From: Antedon mediterranea | Taxonomy: Eukaryota > Animalia > Echinodermata | NCBI RefSeq assembly: GCF_964355755.1 | Contig: NC_092680.1 | Coordinates: 8,866,001-8,930,000 of the forward strand | Direction of reading: 5' to 3' | Length of the DNA stretch: 64,000 bases | Part shown: positions 25,337 to 39,010 of the stretch, in pieces | Numbering within the stretch: the first letter of the stretch is position 1 | How the letters are laid out: the number at the start of each line of letters is the position of its first letter | Made by a program: the position numbers and the translations under genes | Notes under the pieces: model-generated | What the model was told of the DNA's origin: nothing | The model's database searches: none | Seen by the model: the letters and a program-made list of their open reading frames with translations, nothing else

Positions 25337-26833
25337 CCTAACATTCATAAAAATTAATTGAATATAATAATAATTTATTTGGAAGCTACACTTTGAAACA
25401 CTGGCACACTTCTTGAATGAAGATGCATCCAGAGTAAGTAAAATAAAAGTTAGAGAAAAAAAAAAAGATTTAACAATAGGCCTATTTACAGTACAAGGTA
25501 AAAACGTTACTTTTGACAAGTACGCTTTGTCTTCATTGAATGGAAAGAATATTTTCATTCTTTGAAATTCAATTCAGTCAAACTCAATGAATTAAATACA
25601 TACCACTGGATCCGCCTCTGTATATACAAAAAAATAAAGTGGATGACCAAAAGGTGAATGAATATGCACTTTTTCGCATTTAAATTAATTATGTAATTTT
25701 GAAATGTTTCTATAAACAGCGAAGCGGAATCATTGAACTTGAACAAATCTTAATTGAATTAATCAAATTAATTAAGTTACAGAAATACATTAAAAAAACA
25801 TCTCTAAACTCACATGCACATAGAAGCATTTCTTGTTTAACTTTGTCGAGCACCTCTGAACAATATATTATGGATACCGACGCTATATAAGTATGATTGA
25901 TTGAACGATCTACTTTCAACATCTCATATCATATTAAATATATAAATTAAATTATTTAAAAACTTATAGCATTAATTTAAATTCAATGGATAAATTAAGA
26001 AAATATATTAAATATTATGAAAGACAATTTAGAAGGAAACTAAAATAATTAAAAAAATAACTTATAAATAAATCAAAACTAAATATGATAGAAACAATTT
26101 AAAAAGCAATATATACATAATACAATCAAACATTAAAATTATTGGATAATCAAAATCTAACCGTTTAAAAAATAATTTACCCTAATGAAAATATATTAAA
26201 TATTATATTAACATATATTCTGTATAAAAATACTACCCCAATGAATATAAACTCTTGTGTCCAACAAATATGTGAAATGGACAGAAATATATTTTGCAAA
26301 GAAAATTTGCGATACTGCAATTTAATTTTGCGCATTCATTTTTGTTATACACAGTGACCAACCACACGCGTGACAAGAGGCTGTTCAATCAACCTGTAGT
26401 GTGGGCCATCTATAATTGTCCTACACTGCGTCCAAAATTGGAGCTCTGTCTTTTTGATTGGTTTAGGTCTTGGCCTAGCCTCTCGCTAAAATTAGGTGTG
26501 TTATAAAACAAATAATAATATATTTTATATTCGTGCAATGAAACATAATTTCATTCGGTTGAAAGATAAAAATTGGTTATATTTTCACAAGAAGCCTTCT
26601 TCTTTCATCTCATAAAATTATTTGTACCATCACATTTGACTCATAAACATTTCTTATCTTTATGCCGTGTTTGAAATTAAAAGGACACCTGAATAACTAA
26701 TAATTTCAATACATTTGATCAGAATTTCTAACTAGGATAACTTAGTTAAAATGCTACTATACTATATGAGCCAACTTTATAAATCTTTCAACAAAGGAAG
26801 CCATTATGCTTACACCAGACTTAATATTTTGCT

Positions 26834-27074
26834 TTATACTGGACATTGAAGTTTGTTGTACTCGAACAAAAGAGCAAATGTAAGAAAAACACAGTACATA
26901 AGGAACATACAACTTCCAAGTACTTTCGTCATTCGCCATTTAGATACGATGATGACAATTGTGACAAAAATAAGCATAGCAAAGAGGAGCAAGATGGAGC
27001 AGAACAGATTCTTGCTGAACACAGGAGCTGCACTGTTGTAGATTATGTTATATAACAACCATGGAAATGGTAAC
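26834..27074 (-). CDS. SLC24A2: NCKX last coding exon (C-terminal TMs, stop)
   Basis: Acceptor TCCTAG| (phase 2), (G)LPFPWLLYN...KWRMTKVLG...LQCPV*. The seven exons sum to 1863 nt, i.e. 620 aa plus stop in one frame. Confidence 0.93.
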
Positions 27075-27382
27075 CTAGGAGATAATAATCAATACATTAT
27101 TAGAATTTGTTATAGTCAGAATATGTGGTTAACAAATCACACTGAAATACATTGAATTCATCAATATCTTTAAATAACACGGTACAAAGTACCGTAATAT
27201 CTGTATAATACAGTAGAATAGAACTTCTATTAAGGGGACACTTTAGGATCTAAGTGTCTATTTGACCAATGACCATAAGGGACTTGACAGTTAGACACAT
27301 AATTTTGTAAGAACTTTCTTAAATTATAAATTAGGTTAGTTAGAACTGAACAAATTTAATCAAACAATCAGTGAATGCTTAC

Positions 27383-27519
27383 CCTACTGTTATATCAAAA
27401 ATGTTACTACCAACCGAACTTGAGACAGCCATGTCCCCTAAGCCCTTCCTGGCAACTATCACACTGGTTATCAAGTCAGGAATACTCGTACCAGCTGCTA
27501 TAAATGTCAAACCCATAAC
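27383..27519 (-). CDS. SLC24A2: NCKX coding exon (alpha-2 repeat)
   Basis: [46 protein letters not shown], including the SNIFD aspartate linked to K+ dependence. Donor GG|GTAAGC (phase 2). Confidence 0.95.
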
Positions 27520-27599
27520 CTAATCATAAAGAATCACAATTTATTAAACTATCCACATCTAAAACACTATTAATGATTACAGTAGAGCACTACACTACA

Positions 27600-28820
27600 T
27601 CTTTGACTGCATCCTTCATTTTACTACAGCACTTATTAAACTGCATCCCTCATTTCACTACAGCACTTATTATTAAACTGCATCCCTCATTTTACTACAG
27701 CACTTATTAAACTGCATCCATCATTTTACTACAGCACTTATTAAACTGCATCCCTCATTTCACTACAGCACTTATTATTAAACTGCATCCCTCATTTTAC
27801 TACAGCACTATTAAACTGCATCCCTCATTTTACTACAGCACTTATTAAACTGCATCCCTCATTTTACTACAGCACTATTAAACTGCATCCCTCATTTTAC
27901 TACAGCACTTATTAAACTGCATCCCTCATTTCACTACAGCACTTATTATTAAACTGCATCCCTCATTTTACTACAGCACTTATTAAACTGCATCCATCAT
28001 TTTACTACAGCACTTATTAAACTGCATCCCTCATTTCACTACAGCACTTATTATTAAACTGCATCCCTCATTTTACTACAGCACTATTAAACTGCATCCC
28101 TTATTTTACTACAGCACTTGTTAAACTGCATCCCTCATTTTACTACAGCACTTATTAAACTGCATCCCTCATTTTACTACAGCACTATTAAACTGCATCC
28201 CTCATTTTACTACAGCACTATTAAACTGCATCCCTCATTTTACTACAGCAGTATTAAACTGCATCCCTTATTTTACTACATCACTTATTAAACTGCATTC
28301 CTCATTTTACTACAGCACTTATTAAACTGCATCCCTCATTTTCCTACAGCACTATTAAACTGCATCCCTCATTTTACTACAGCACTATTAAACTGCATCC
28401 CTTATTTTACTACAGTCCTTGTTAAACTGCATCCCTTATTTTAATTACTACAGCACTTATTAAACTGCATCCCTTATTTTACTACAGCACTTTTTATAAT
28501 TGCATAGCTCTCACTCCACTGCATGCCTTATTTAACTGCACAGCCTTTAATTCCACTACAGGACTTATTTTATTGCAGTCCTTATTTCACCACACGACTT
28601 ATTTGATTGTCGCCCTTATTTCACCACAGGACTTATTTGACTGCAGCCCTTTTTTCACCACAGGACTTATTTGATTGCAGCCCTTATTTCACAATACAGT
28701 AGGACTTATTTGATTGTAGCCCTTATTTCACCACAGGACTTATTTGGCTGTATCCCTTATTTCACCACAGGACTTATTTGATTGCAGCCCTTATTTGACT
28801 GCAGCCTTTATTTCACTAAA
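27600..28820. repeat. Intronic minisatellite of ~33-37-bp units grading into a related ~32-bp array
   Basis: AAACTGCATCCCTCATTTTACTACAGCACTTATT repeated to ~28500, then CCCTTATTTCACCACAGGACTTATTTGATTGCAG units to ~28820. Confidence 0.9.
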
Positions 28821-29129
28821 GCAGTTACAGGGAGATTTCTTAGTAAGTTTTTTTTTAAAAACCTAGTAGTAGTAGTGATATAACTCAAGGATGTGAACCC
28901 TGAATTTAAATAAGCAGGCTACCGACAAGGACTACTATACTCAATCAATATTGATTCAACTTTACTTATTAAATCAGCCAAGCATTAAATTATAGCAAAG
29001 TAATTCCAATAAATCTGCTATAACGATCGTTGAAACAATCAATCAATCCATACATTGATCCATAAAAGACAGATCGGAGAAACAGGCAAGCAATTAATCA
29101 ATTCTGATTCTGAAAACTGGTGGAACTCA

Positions 29130-29453
29130 GGGTCTGTTTCTGCTGCATATCGCTGAATAAACCGATTATTTCAAAAATGTAATTTTTATATTAACCGTTT
29201 AAATCACTATGTGGTCGTTAACAAAATCGTTACAATTACCCAAAATGCAATTGGTCTTGGCGGTTAATTTAAACGTTACTGCAGTGCAGTTGACTCAAGG
29301 TCAGCAGCTGTCAATCAATTTTAACTGGTTATTTTGCGCTGCCTTTTATTTAACTGGTTACCACAAAACTGTCCTGTTTCTGCTCCAAGAAAATGAACTT
29401 AATTTATTCACACCGTTTTCAACCGGTTATTTTTATGCAGCAGAAACAGGCCC
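29130..29453. mobile_element. PIF/Harbinger-like MITE
   Basis: TIRs GGGTCTGTTTCTGCTGCATA / TATGCAGCAGAAACAGGCCC with a 3-bp TCA duplication on both sides. Related ends occur at ~2170-2650 and ~18581. Confidence 0.75.
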
Positions 29454-29712
29454 TCAGACTCTGTTTGGTGAAACTTTTACAATAACAATTTTAATACAAT
29501 TCAATCTGGAGAACCGTATTGTGGTAAAAAGGGGGAACTATCTTAGGGCACAAATAATGGATTTACCCCTGAAAGATGAAAGTTTACCAAAATCTTGAGA
29601 TGTTTTAATGAGAACAACAAACCATATAACATATTTCCACTGGTCTAAAGAGTAATGTACACATCCAAACAGGTATTAACAATAGAGGTGACAAAAAAGA
29701 TAAAAAACTTAC

Positions 29713-29832
29713 AGGTTCGGGTATGCCAAATGTTTCGCCAACTTCAGTTGCCCACCAAACCATTAGGTATGAGTAACACGCGATAAAAATCAATGATACA
29801 GAAAAGCTCAACACAAAAAACTTTTTTCTTTC
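29713..29832 (-). CDS. SLC24A2: NCKX coding exon (TM segment)
   Basis: ERKKFFVLSFSVSLIFIACYSYLMVWWATEVGETFGIPEP, containing the SYLMVWW motif. TAG| acceptor, CCT|GTAAGT donor. Confidence 0.93.
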
Positions 29833-30672
29833 CTATTTAAAAGAAAAACAAATGTTAGTGAAATCAGAAAAGCGGAAAATGAAATGATGTATGAAATAAG
29901 GTATTGGCAGCATCCTTTTGGTTGTCGAAAATACTATAATATAATCGAATTCACTAACAATTATTTAATCTCTTGATGAGATATACTAATCAATGAACTG
30001 AGTGTATGATACAATGACTTATGATCCATTGTCATCCACAGCAATTAAAACAAAGGTTAACGAGGGAGAAGAAATTACGTCTTGCTTCATTTCATAAACT
30101 ATTGTGATGAAATGACTTGTAATAATTAATAACCATTAGAAACTGTTTGTTGCACCTTTTAGTTTGATAGACAATCACCTTTGGCTTTTACACGCCGACT
30201 ACAACTTAAGATTCCTACTGCACATCTGCAACAAGATATTCCTAAAAACGCTATATATTTTCAACTGATCAAATACATATCAGGGACTTTACGCATCAGT
30301 ATAGGAGGCAGGTGAACAGAGCATCTTACATTGGACAGGGGTTGGCTGTAGTGTTAAATGTATTGCCATTTGGTTCATGGGAAATTGTACCTTAAATAGG
30401 GGTGTTCCTTGATAGGTTGTAGTGTTAAAATAGTGTAGTGTTAATATTTCCCTTTGTCTGTTTCATAGATATAATAAAGTACAGGGATAATAATTTCTTA
30501 AGTGTGTCTGAATAGGGTGTGCCCTGTATTACAAAAATTATTATAAAAATGATGATGAAATATTTGAACAATAATGATTTAACTCCAAAATAGCACAATA
30601 AAACAAATGAAAACTATTAAGGGATTTGACTTTATAGAACTTTTTCAACTAAATACAACATGGTCTACTTAC

Positions 30673-30801
30673 CGGTCTTCTTACATCTGGTATTGTTAGC
30701 CACATAGGTATAACCAGAGGCGCTAACAGCAGATACGTGACACGTTTACGAGCTGTTTTGGGCCAGCTAATATCCAACGGTTCTTCCTCTTCTTCAAGAT
30801 C
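30673..30801 (-). CDS. SLC24A2: NCKX coding exon (acidic stretch, end of loop)
   Basis: DLEEEEEPLDISWPKTARKRVTYLLLAPLVIPMWLTIPDVRRP, with typical NCKX EEEPL..WP and TxPDVR motifs. TAG| acceptor, CCG|GTAAGT donor. Confidence 0.93.
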
Positions 30802-31772
30802 CTAGTTCCAAAATTCAATATTCAATTTAGTTTGTCCGAATGTTCAAATGCAAAATGAGTACATTTCAATGACATTAAACATATGTTAAGACAAAACAGT
30901 ATATACTATACAACAGGTATTATTAAAACTCTCTAAAATACAAATACATCTAAAAATGCTAATTTAGTCAAATGCAGCGATATAGGCCTAAGTTAAAAGA
31001 ATTATAATGGTTCACCATTTTAGCAACCTGATAGATAATAATAAAAAAAAAACATTACTAAAATAGATGTGCACTAACTACCTGAAATACATATGATTCA
31101 TGTAGTTGACAGATACATTAATGATACTTTCTTTGGCATTAATCAGAAATAACTTAAATATTAGAATGAATATTGGTTTCAAATCTGAATAATTACATGA
31201 AGATATATTATATCATTACACAGGTAATATTATCTATAAGATTCTATGACAATTTCATAGCAAAAATGCGTAAAATTATTTATTATCAATTTTGTCAAGT
31301 AGTTCAAACTAATGAGGGAGAAAAAGTCTAGATGTGCACCATTTAAAATCCATTTATTAAATTATTTGCTAATAATTTGCAACGTTTAATTCAAATTGTG
31401 CATTTGAATTGATAAAAATTAACATTTACTTTAAAAACCAATTTGATCGATCTTCAACACCTGTGATGACAGTGAGAAGAAGCTGACACATTTTGTAATT
31501 TCTCAGGTGAAAAATTATGTCTTTTTTATCAGGTAATAAATTGTTCTGCTAAAATGTTATTTCCTATACATTGCATTCTGAAATGCTTTTAAAACTTGTG
31601 AATTCATTATAAAGTCTAATAAAATGCAAGCGAATTTGTAAATTCAGTATAAAACGTTTTGAAAAGTAATATTTTATTTTCCGGTTGTTCACTCTTGAAT
31701 TAGTTATATTTTAGAATTCTTATGAATAAATAAAAATAAAGTTATTTGCAAAACACAAGACAATATTCTCAC

Positions 31773-32110
31773 ATTTTCACTCTGTATCCTGTCAGGATTG
31801 TCTGCGTTGGTAGAATTACCATTCATAAAACCATTATCAAAGTTGGTTTCTGATATACCGTGATTCACCGCACCATTTACATCCACGTTTGGTAGCTGAG
31901 TGGTTGAATTAGTAGTTGTAGAAATAGTCATCTGGTCAACCTGATTTTCTGTACACATCTGATTCTGTTCTGTAGTTACAAAATAAGTGAGTGAAGTGTG
32001 GCTTGTATTTACACTGTTTGTAGAGTTTATCCTATTTGATGATACTGGTTTGCTATTGACCGGTGACTTTGCGATAGCACTCATTTTTTCTGCTTTTTGT
32101 TCAACATTTG
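31773..32110 (-). CDS. SLC24A2: NCKX coding exon (S/T/N-rich cytoplasmic loop)
   Basis: Acceptor GTTCTTTCAG| (phase 1), open frame SNVEQKAEKMSAIAKSP...DRIQSEN, donor AAT|GTGAGA (phase 0). Phases match both neighbouring exons. Confidence 0.8.
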
Positions 32111-33208
32111 CTGAAAGAACAATTTTGTTAGCATTTATGACTTTTTTAATGTTTAGAATACATAATAGAAACCACCATTTAGAATTCAATCAAGTCTGAA
32201 TTATAATTGGATATCATGTATTAATCAAGGAATCAATAACAAGTTTATTGCTATACAAAATATTAACAAAAAATGACCGTAATTATTTTAATAAACGTCC
32301 CAGGGCATTTATTGTTCAGGAGGGTTTTTAGAGGAGCGTTCATTCAAAGGAGGCGCTTATTATTATTTTGTTGTTGTAATATGGTAACATGTATAATTGA
32401 AATAAATTCTCCCTAAATAAGAAATACAACACAATCAATATCAAGTAGTGATAAAATACAGTAAAAATTCTATCAAAATTCTTGGTCAATTGTAGATCAT
32501 TGAAGTCAATGAATTCTACTACAAATAGAATTATATAGTATATGTGTGTATTCATTCACTCTATGTCTTATAAGATGTATTTAAGCAATGCGTCCTCAGT
32601 ATTGATTAATTTAGTATTAAAAAAACATATAGATCGATTAAAGTTCAAAACTAAAATAATCAATAAATTATACAACATGACAACACTGAAGGAAAGTTAA
32701 TCCAAATCAGCTGCTATGTTATGTATTAAAATGCCTAGAGGAAACAATACAAAATGGATTATAAAAATGAATTAAAATTTGCGAACATTTTAATTCATGT
32801 AATTCATCATAAATACAATAAAGCACCTTGTATAGGAAAATAAATGGGCTCATCTTTCAGTGCCTACAAGCAATCTGATAAATTACACTGTAGCTTATAT
32901 TTCAATCTATCTATTATATAGTTTGTAAACAAATTATACAAGGTTAATGAATGGATTATACTGTATGATATATTAATGAGATTAAATTGAAAAACATCAA
33001 GAAACGTTAAATAAATTTGCTTAATATTATACTAGTTGCCATCAATCATTAAATCAAACATTGCTATTTCTTTAATCTTTTTGATCATTTTTATTGATTC
33101 CTTAAAAAAAAAATCAGATGCAAAATATAAATCAGACTAGCTACTTTTTTTAGCAAATGACAGTATGATAATGATATGTAAATGAAAATTACAACTTGTT
33201 GTACTTAC

Positions 33209-33329
33209 AATCGCTGAGAGGATCTAGCGTATGGATCATTAACTGTAAGGCACCATGTCTATAGAGTGGTCCAGCACACAACATAGGCATACTTCTTGTT
33301 CTTCCATTATGACCATTTACCCCATTAAC
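33209..33329 (-). CDS. SLC24A2: NCKX coding exon (start of cytoplasmic loop)
   Basis: VNGVNGHNGRTRSMPMLCAGPLYRHGALQLMIHTLDPLSD. QLMIHTLDPL is a conserved NCKX1/2 loop motif. Acceptor TTTCTAAG| (phase 0, AAG type so slightly less certain), donor T|GTAAGT (phase 1). Confidence 0.88.
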
Positions 33330-35089
33330 CTTAGAAATATAATCAAACATCATCATGTTTATCATCATATACTGTACAACGCAATTATAACTAAAAGAAA
33401 ACCCGCCAAAGAGCGGATATCATTCTCCCACACCCCTTCCATGACAGTTTTCAAATGTAGTTTAATTCCCAGTACATTTTGGTCATTTTCATAATCCATT
33501 TCTCTCCCAAAAAATTTTCTCGGAGGTGATTCAAATAATTTTAAACATTCCAAGTACATTGTGGTCATTTTCATACTCCATTTCTCCCACGAACACTTTC
33601 CCTCTGATGCTTCTAATAATTTCAAACCTTCCCAGTACAAGTCGATCATTTTGATACTGTATCGTAAACATGTGTAAAATTCTGAAAAGAATTATTACTT
33701 TAAAAAATTTAGTATAACAAAATAATAGTAGTATAGTATAACTATAAAACATATAAACACAACAGGTGTATAGTATAAAGCTACAATATATCAAATGTAT
33801 TGAGTATCAATTATTTATTTAATTTTTAAGCTCAAAATCAATATTTTTAAACATTCATAGTCTTGATAACATGTAACCATTTGACCCACGCATGTTACTT
33901 TGCCAATTATTGTAATCGCTTCGGTATCCAGTTTTCCAGTTTACATTACAAACTACTCAATAAAAATATGTTTAATTCTGATACGTTGTATTAACGTACT
34001 CAATAAATCATGGTTTCCAATTAACTGTACGTTAACACAATTTTTCATGTGATGTGTTGACAAAGTCGAACATTTTAAATGCAAAACATATGCGTTCCAT
34101 AGATTAGAACTATTTTTTACAAGTAATCATATATATGCTATACTGTAAATAATGCAATAACTAATAACAAAATGAGGTACAGCTAAATTACACTACAATC
34201 ATAATAGTAGTAGTAGTTATTATAATAGTAGTTTGTTTAACTTTTTCCTTTTTTAATTTGATCACCAAGACAATTATTCCATAAATATTAAACCTTAAAA
34301 AAGACAACCCACCAAAGTGGCCCCTTGTACAAAGTAGTCCATTCCAGATGAATAGGGGTTTCCTCCTCTGTATATAGGGGTTGCCTATAGTGTTAAATAC
34401 ATTACCCCTGTGTACCCTTAATAGGTGTCTCCTGAATAAAAGGAGTTCTAATGTACTAATTATAATAACAAATATTTTTCATGAGAAATACAGTATTGAT
34501 GTTTTGAGTCGAAAATCTGTCATATTGCACTTAAAGAATTGTGAACAGAGTTTAGGGCATACGCTATGTAATAGTAAAGTAGACATCCCGTAATGTTAAT
34601 TGTCGTAATCCAGCGATTCCGGTACTGATGCGTGAAATCCTATTATTATATACAGTAGGTTTCTTTAGGTTTCAAATTTTAATAAGTTCTTACATTATAG
34701 TATAAAAAATTAATCATTGTGATATGTCAACTAAATTGCTATGTTATAATTTTGATTAAATGCACTGCTTGACCTGGCACTTTAATGAGATTTTGTAAGT
34801 GAGTGATTAATTAATATTACCGAGGAGGACAGCATAATAGCATAGCAACATTATTTATAATATTATCAATATCATCAATATCAGAGAGTAAACGTGCACA
34901 TTTGTGCACACCTACTGTATGTGACCAGGCAGTCACATCATTAATGTCTTTTTAATGTAATTAATTAGTGTTACAACCTAAACACCACTTGCAAATTGCT
35001 CATTGTGATTCATATTATTACTGTTCAATGTCTCCAGCAAACAACCATTGTTAATGCAATTTAAACAACTTAATTAATTCAATTTTCAG

Positions 35090-37718
35090 TACAGTATATT
35101 AAGAGACATATTTAAGACCCAACAAAGTGTCCCCTTAATAGGGGTGTCTCCTGAATGGCGGTATACAGTAAAAAACCCCTATTAAGGAGACACTTTGTTG
35201 GGTGCCAAAGGTGTTTCCTGTCTCCTGAATGGCGGTATACAGTAAAACACCTATTATGGGACACCTTTGGGACCCAACAAAGTGTCTCCTTAATAGGGGT
35301 ATCTCCTGTCTCCTGAATGGCGGTATACAGTAAAACACCTATTATGGGACACCTTTGGGATCCCAACAAAGTGTACCCTTAATAGGAGTGTCTCCTGAAT
35401 GGCGGTATACAGTATAACCCCTATTAAGGGACACCTTTGGCACCCAACAAAGTGTACCCTTAATAGGGATGTATGCAGTAAATAGGAGGGATGTCTCTTG
35501 AATGGCGGTACAGGGATGTCACCAGCTTTTTGGAGTGCCGGTCGGAAAATTTCCCAGGTTTCTCCCCCCCCCCCCCCGGGGTTTGTCGTTATTTTAGCGA
35601 AACATAAAGAATTATGAAAATAAATAACAACAAATTGCGTCAGGTCTAGGCCTAACCTTGTACCACCGGGGAGTCGCCGTTATTATTCGCGAAAACAAAA
35701 AAACGCTTACGAAATGAATAGCAATAGATCGCGTCAGGCTTAGGCCTAGCCTTGTAGACACTACGACCACTAGGCCTAGCCAAGGCTTAGATAGATGCCC
35801 CAAAATCTGAATTCCACAAAAACAGGCGCTTCCTTATTTAGGCCTAATCCCTAATCAAATACTGTAGATAAATTATTAGCCTAGACCTTACTACTTGTTG
35901 CTCGATATAATGTTCGTGTTCTTTTGCGCGAGAGTTTTTTAGCGTATTCGCGAATTCCGGATTTTTTGTTTCACAACTGTGCGGCAAGCATGTAGTGCAT
36001 GGCCGGCAAGAACAGACACGTGTTTATGGGTTAACTGAAGTTCAGCAACCTGAAGTTATCCCAGGGACGTGTAATTATTGTACCATGCTCGGCGATCATA
36101 AACGAACGAACTTGCCCGGTCTCACTGAACCATGCGCATGTTTTTTTATTTTTTTTAATAGTTCGTAGAGTACAAAAATGTAAAACTAGTTTTTTAATTA
36201 CTGCGTACTTGTTTGTATTTTTAATCTGTGCAAAATAAAACGCTTGAATGGTCGCTATGTGAACTTTAAACTTGTAGTTGTACACTGTGCTGTGTAGCCC
36301 CTATTAAGGGACACCTTTAAGACCCAACAAAGTGTCCCCTTAAAAGGGATGTATGCAGTATATAGGAGAAATGTCTCCTGAATGGCGGTATACAGTATAA
36401 CCCCTATTAAGGGACACCTTTAATAGGGGTGTATGCAGTATATAGGAGGGATGTCTCCTGAATGGCGGTATACAGTATAACCCCTATTAAGGGACACCTT
36501 TGGCACCCAACAAAGTGTACCCTTAATAGGGATGTATGCAGTATATAGGAGGGATGTCTCCTGAATGGCGGTATACAGTATAACCCCTATTAAGGGACAC
36601 CTTTGGCACCCAACAAAGTGTACCCTTAATAGGGATGTATGCAGTATATAGGAGGGATGTCTCCTGAATGGCGGTATACAGTATAACCCCTATTAAGGGA
36701 CACCTTTAAGACCCAACAAAGTGTCCCCTTAATAGGGATGTATGCAGTATATAGGAGGGATGTCTCCTGAATGGCGGTATACAGTATAACCCCTATTAAG
36801 GGACACCTTTGGCACCCAACAAAGTGTACCCTTAATAGGGATGTATGCAGTATATAGGAGGGATGTCTCCTGAATGGCGGTATACAGTATAACCCCTATT
36901 AAGGGACACCTTTAAGACCCAACAAAGTGTACCCTTAATAGGGATGTATGCAGTATATAGGAGGGATGTCTCCTGAATGGCGGTATACAGTATAACCCCT
37001 ATTAAGGGACACCTTTAAGACCCAACAAAGTGTACCCTTAATAGGGATGTATGCAGTATATAGGAGGGATGTCTCCTGAATGGCGGTATACAGTATAACC
37101 CCTATTAAGGGACACCTTTAAGACCCAACAAAGTGTACCCTTAATAGGGATGTATGCAGTATATAGGAGGGATGTCTCCTGAATGGCGGTATACAGTATA
37201 ACCCCTATTAAGGGACACCTTTAAGACCCAACAAAGTGTACCCTTAATAGGGATGTATGCAGTATATAGGAGGGATGTCTCCTGAATGGCGGTATACAGT
37301 ATAACCCCTATTAAGGGACACCTTTAAGACCCAACAAAGTGTACCCTTAATAGGGATGTATGCAGTATATAGGAGGGATGTCTCCTGAATGGCGGTATAC
37401 AGTATAACCCCTATTAAGGGACACCTTTAAGACCCAACAAAGTGTACCCTTAATAGGGATGTATGCAGTATATAGGAGGGATGTCTCCTGAATGGCGGTA
37501 TACAGTATAACCCCTATTAAGGGACACCTTTAAGACCCAACAAAGTGTACCCTTAATAGGGATGTATGCAGTATATAGGAGGGATGTCTCCTGATGGCGG
37601 TATACAGTATAACCCCTATTAAGTGTACCCTTAATAGGGATGTATGCAGTATATAGGAGGGATGTCTCCTGAATAGATTTGAAGTTGTCCCATTAATTAA
37701 AGGGGTTCTTCTACTGTA
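35090..37718. repeat. 103-bp tandem array derived from a pogo/Tigger-like MITE, interrupted by an unrelated insert at ~35510..36285
   Basis: Unit TACAGTATAACCCCTATTAAGGGACACCTTTAAGACCCAACAAAGTGTACCCTTAATAGGGATG...CTGAATGGCGGTA with period 103 (37081 to 37184). About 13 homogeneous copies in 36290..37680 and more diverged copies in 35090..35510. The array ends in a MITE-like terminus CTACTG|TA. Confidence 0.88.
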
Positions 37719-38516
37719 CTCTAAATAAATGCATATAAATGCATATAAATACAGTTCGATGCATTTGTCAATGAACACTTTATTTTTTAGATATGTAATC
37801 AAAAAATCCTTTCAATCTGCTGAATTAAAATTATATATTTATTTTAAAATATAATATTCTATTTTAAGGTTGAATATTTATGGAATAATCTTCTTGTTAA
37901 AATAATAGTACAATTAAACATTTAAAAAACTACTATAGTATAATACTATTTATAACTAAGTACTATTATGTACGGTAGTAGTTAAAACTTCTATGGAAAG
38001 TAATACAGTATGTTTCGTATTTTAAACTTTGAAAGTTGTCAACACATCACATTATAAATTGTGTTAACGTACTGTTACCTTACAGTTAATGGACAGTTAT
38101 TGGATTAATACGTGTTCTAATTATTGTAATATACTGTACCATGATACAATTCTAATTGGAATAGAAATTTCCTAATATTATATAATGTTGTGTTTACAAA
38201 AATGAACATAAAACAGTGTTTTTTGGAAGTGTACATTATGATGTTAATATCTGGCACTAGGCACAAACGACTTTTTCTGTAGTCGTCCTCTAACTAACTT
38301 GCATCAAAATGATAATTTTCAAGGCAACCAATTTAAACATAATGATCAAAAGCATTATGTACGAGATTAAAGTTTACAGAATAACATTGAAATCACAGTA
38401 ACCATAGAGATTATTGTAATGGTAGTAAAACAACTTAATCAAAGTGGTTATTACTACCATATTTAATTTGTAAATATTGTTTGTAGCATAGAATAAAAGC
38501 AGTAAACTTAATTCTC

Positions 38517-39010
38517 AAAACAATATACTATATTTTTTCTTCACTATTTTGTTTTAAACAATTTATATAAACTTCTCCATATTTTAAATATATTTTGTGT
38601 ATTTAGTTTAAATATCCTAATATATTAAATGCACAACATATTAAACCACTCTCTCACACGCACACATGCAATTATTTGAATTAACCACACAAATCTAAGA
38701 AAACATTGTTGGGAAAACAACATACTATATTTTTTCTTCACTATTTTGTTTTAAACAATTTATATAAACTTCTCCATATTTTAAATATATTTTGTGTATT
38801 TAGTTTAAATATCCTAATATATTAAATGCACAACATATTAAACCACTCTCTCACACGCACACATGCAATTATTTGAATTAACCACACAAATCTAAGAAAA
38901 AATTGTTGGGAAAACAACATACTATATTTTTTCTTCACTATTTTGTTTTAAACAATTTATATAAACTTCTCCATATTTTAAATATATTTGTGTATTTAGT
39001 TTAAATATCC
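38517..39010. repeat. ~198-bp tandem repeat, about 2.5 copies
   Basis: ATACTATATTTTTTCTTCACTATTTTG... recurs at ~38525, ~38722 and ~38919. A partial copy lies at ~39980..40058. Confidence 0.88.

Noticed and set aside
36290-37718. Regular hairpin-containing repeats resembling a CRISPR array (also 42807..43115)
   Set aside because: Units are identical throughout with no unique spacers, there are no cas genes, and the context is a eukaryotic intron.
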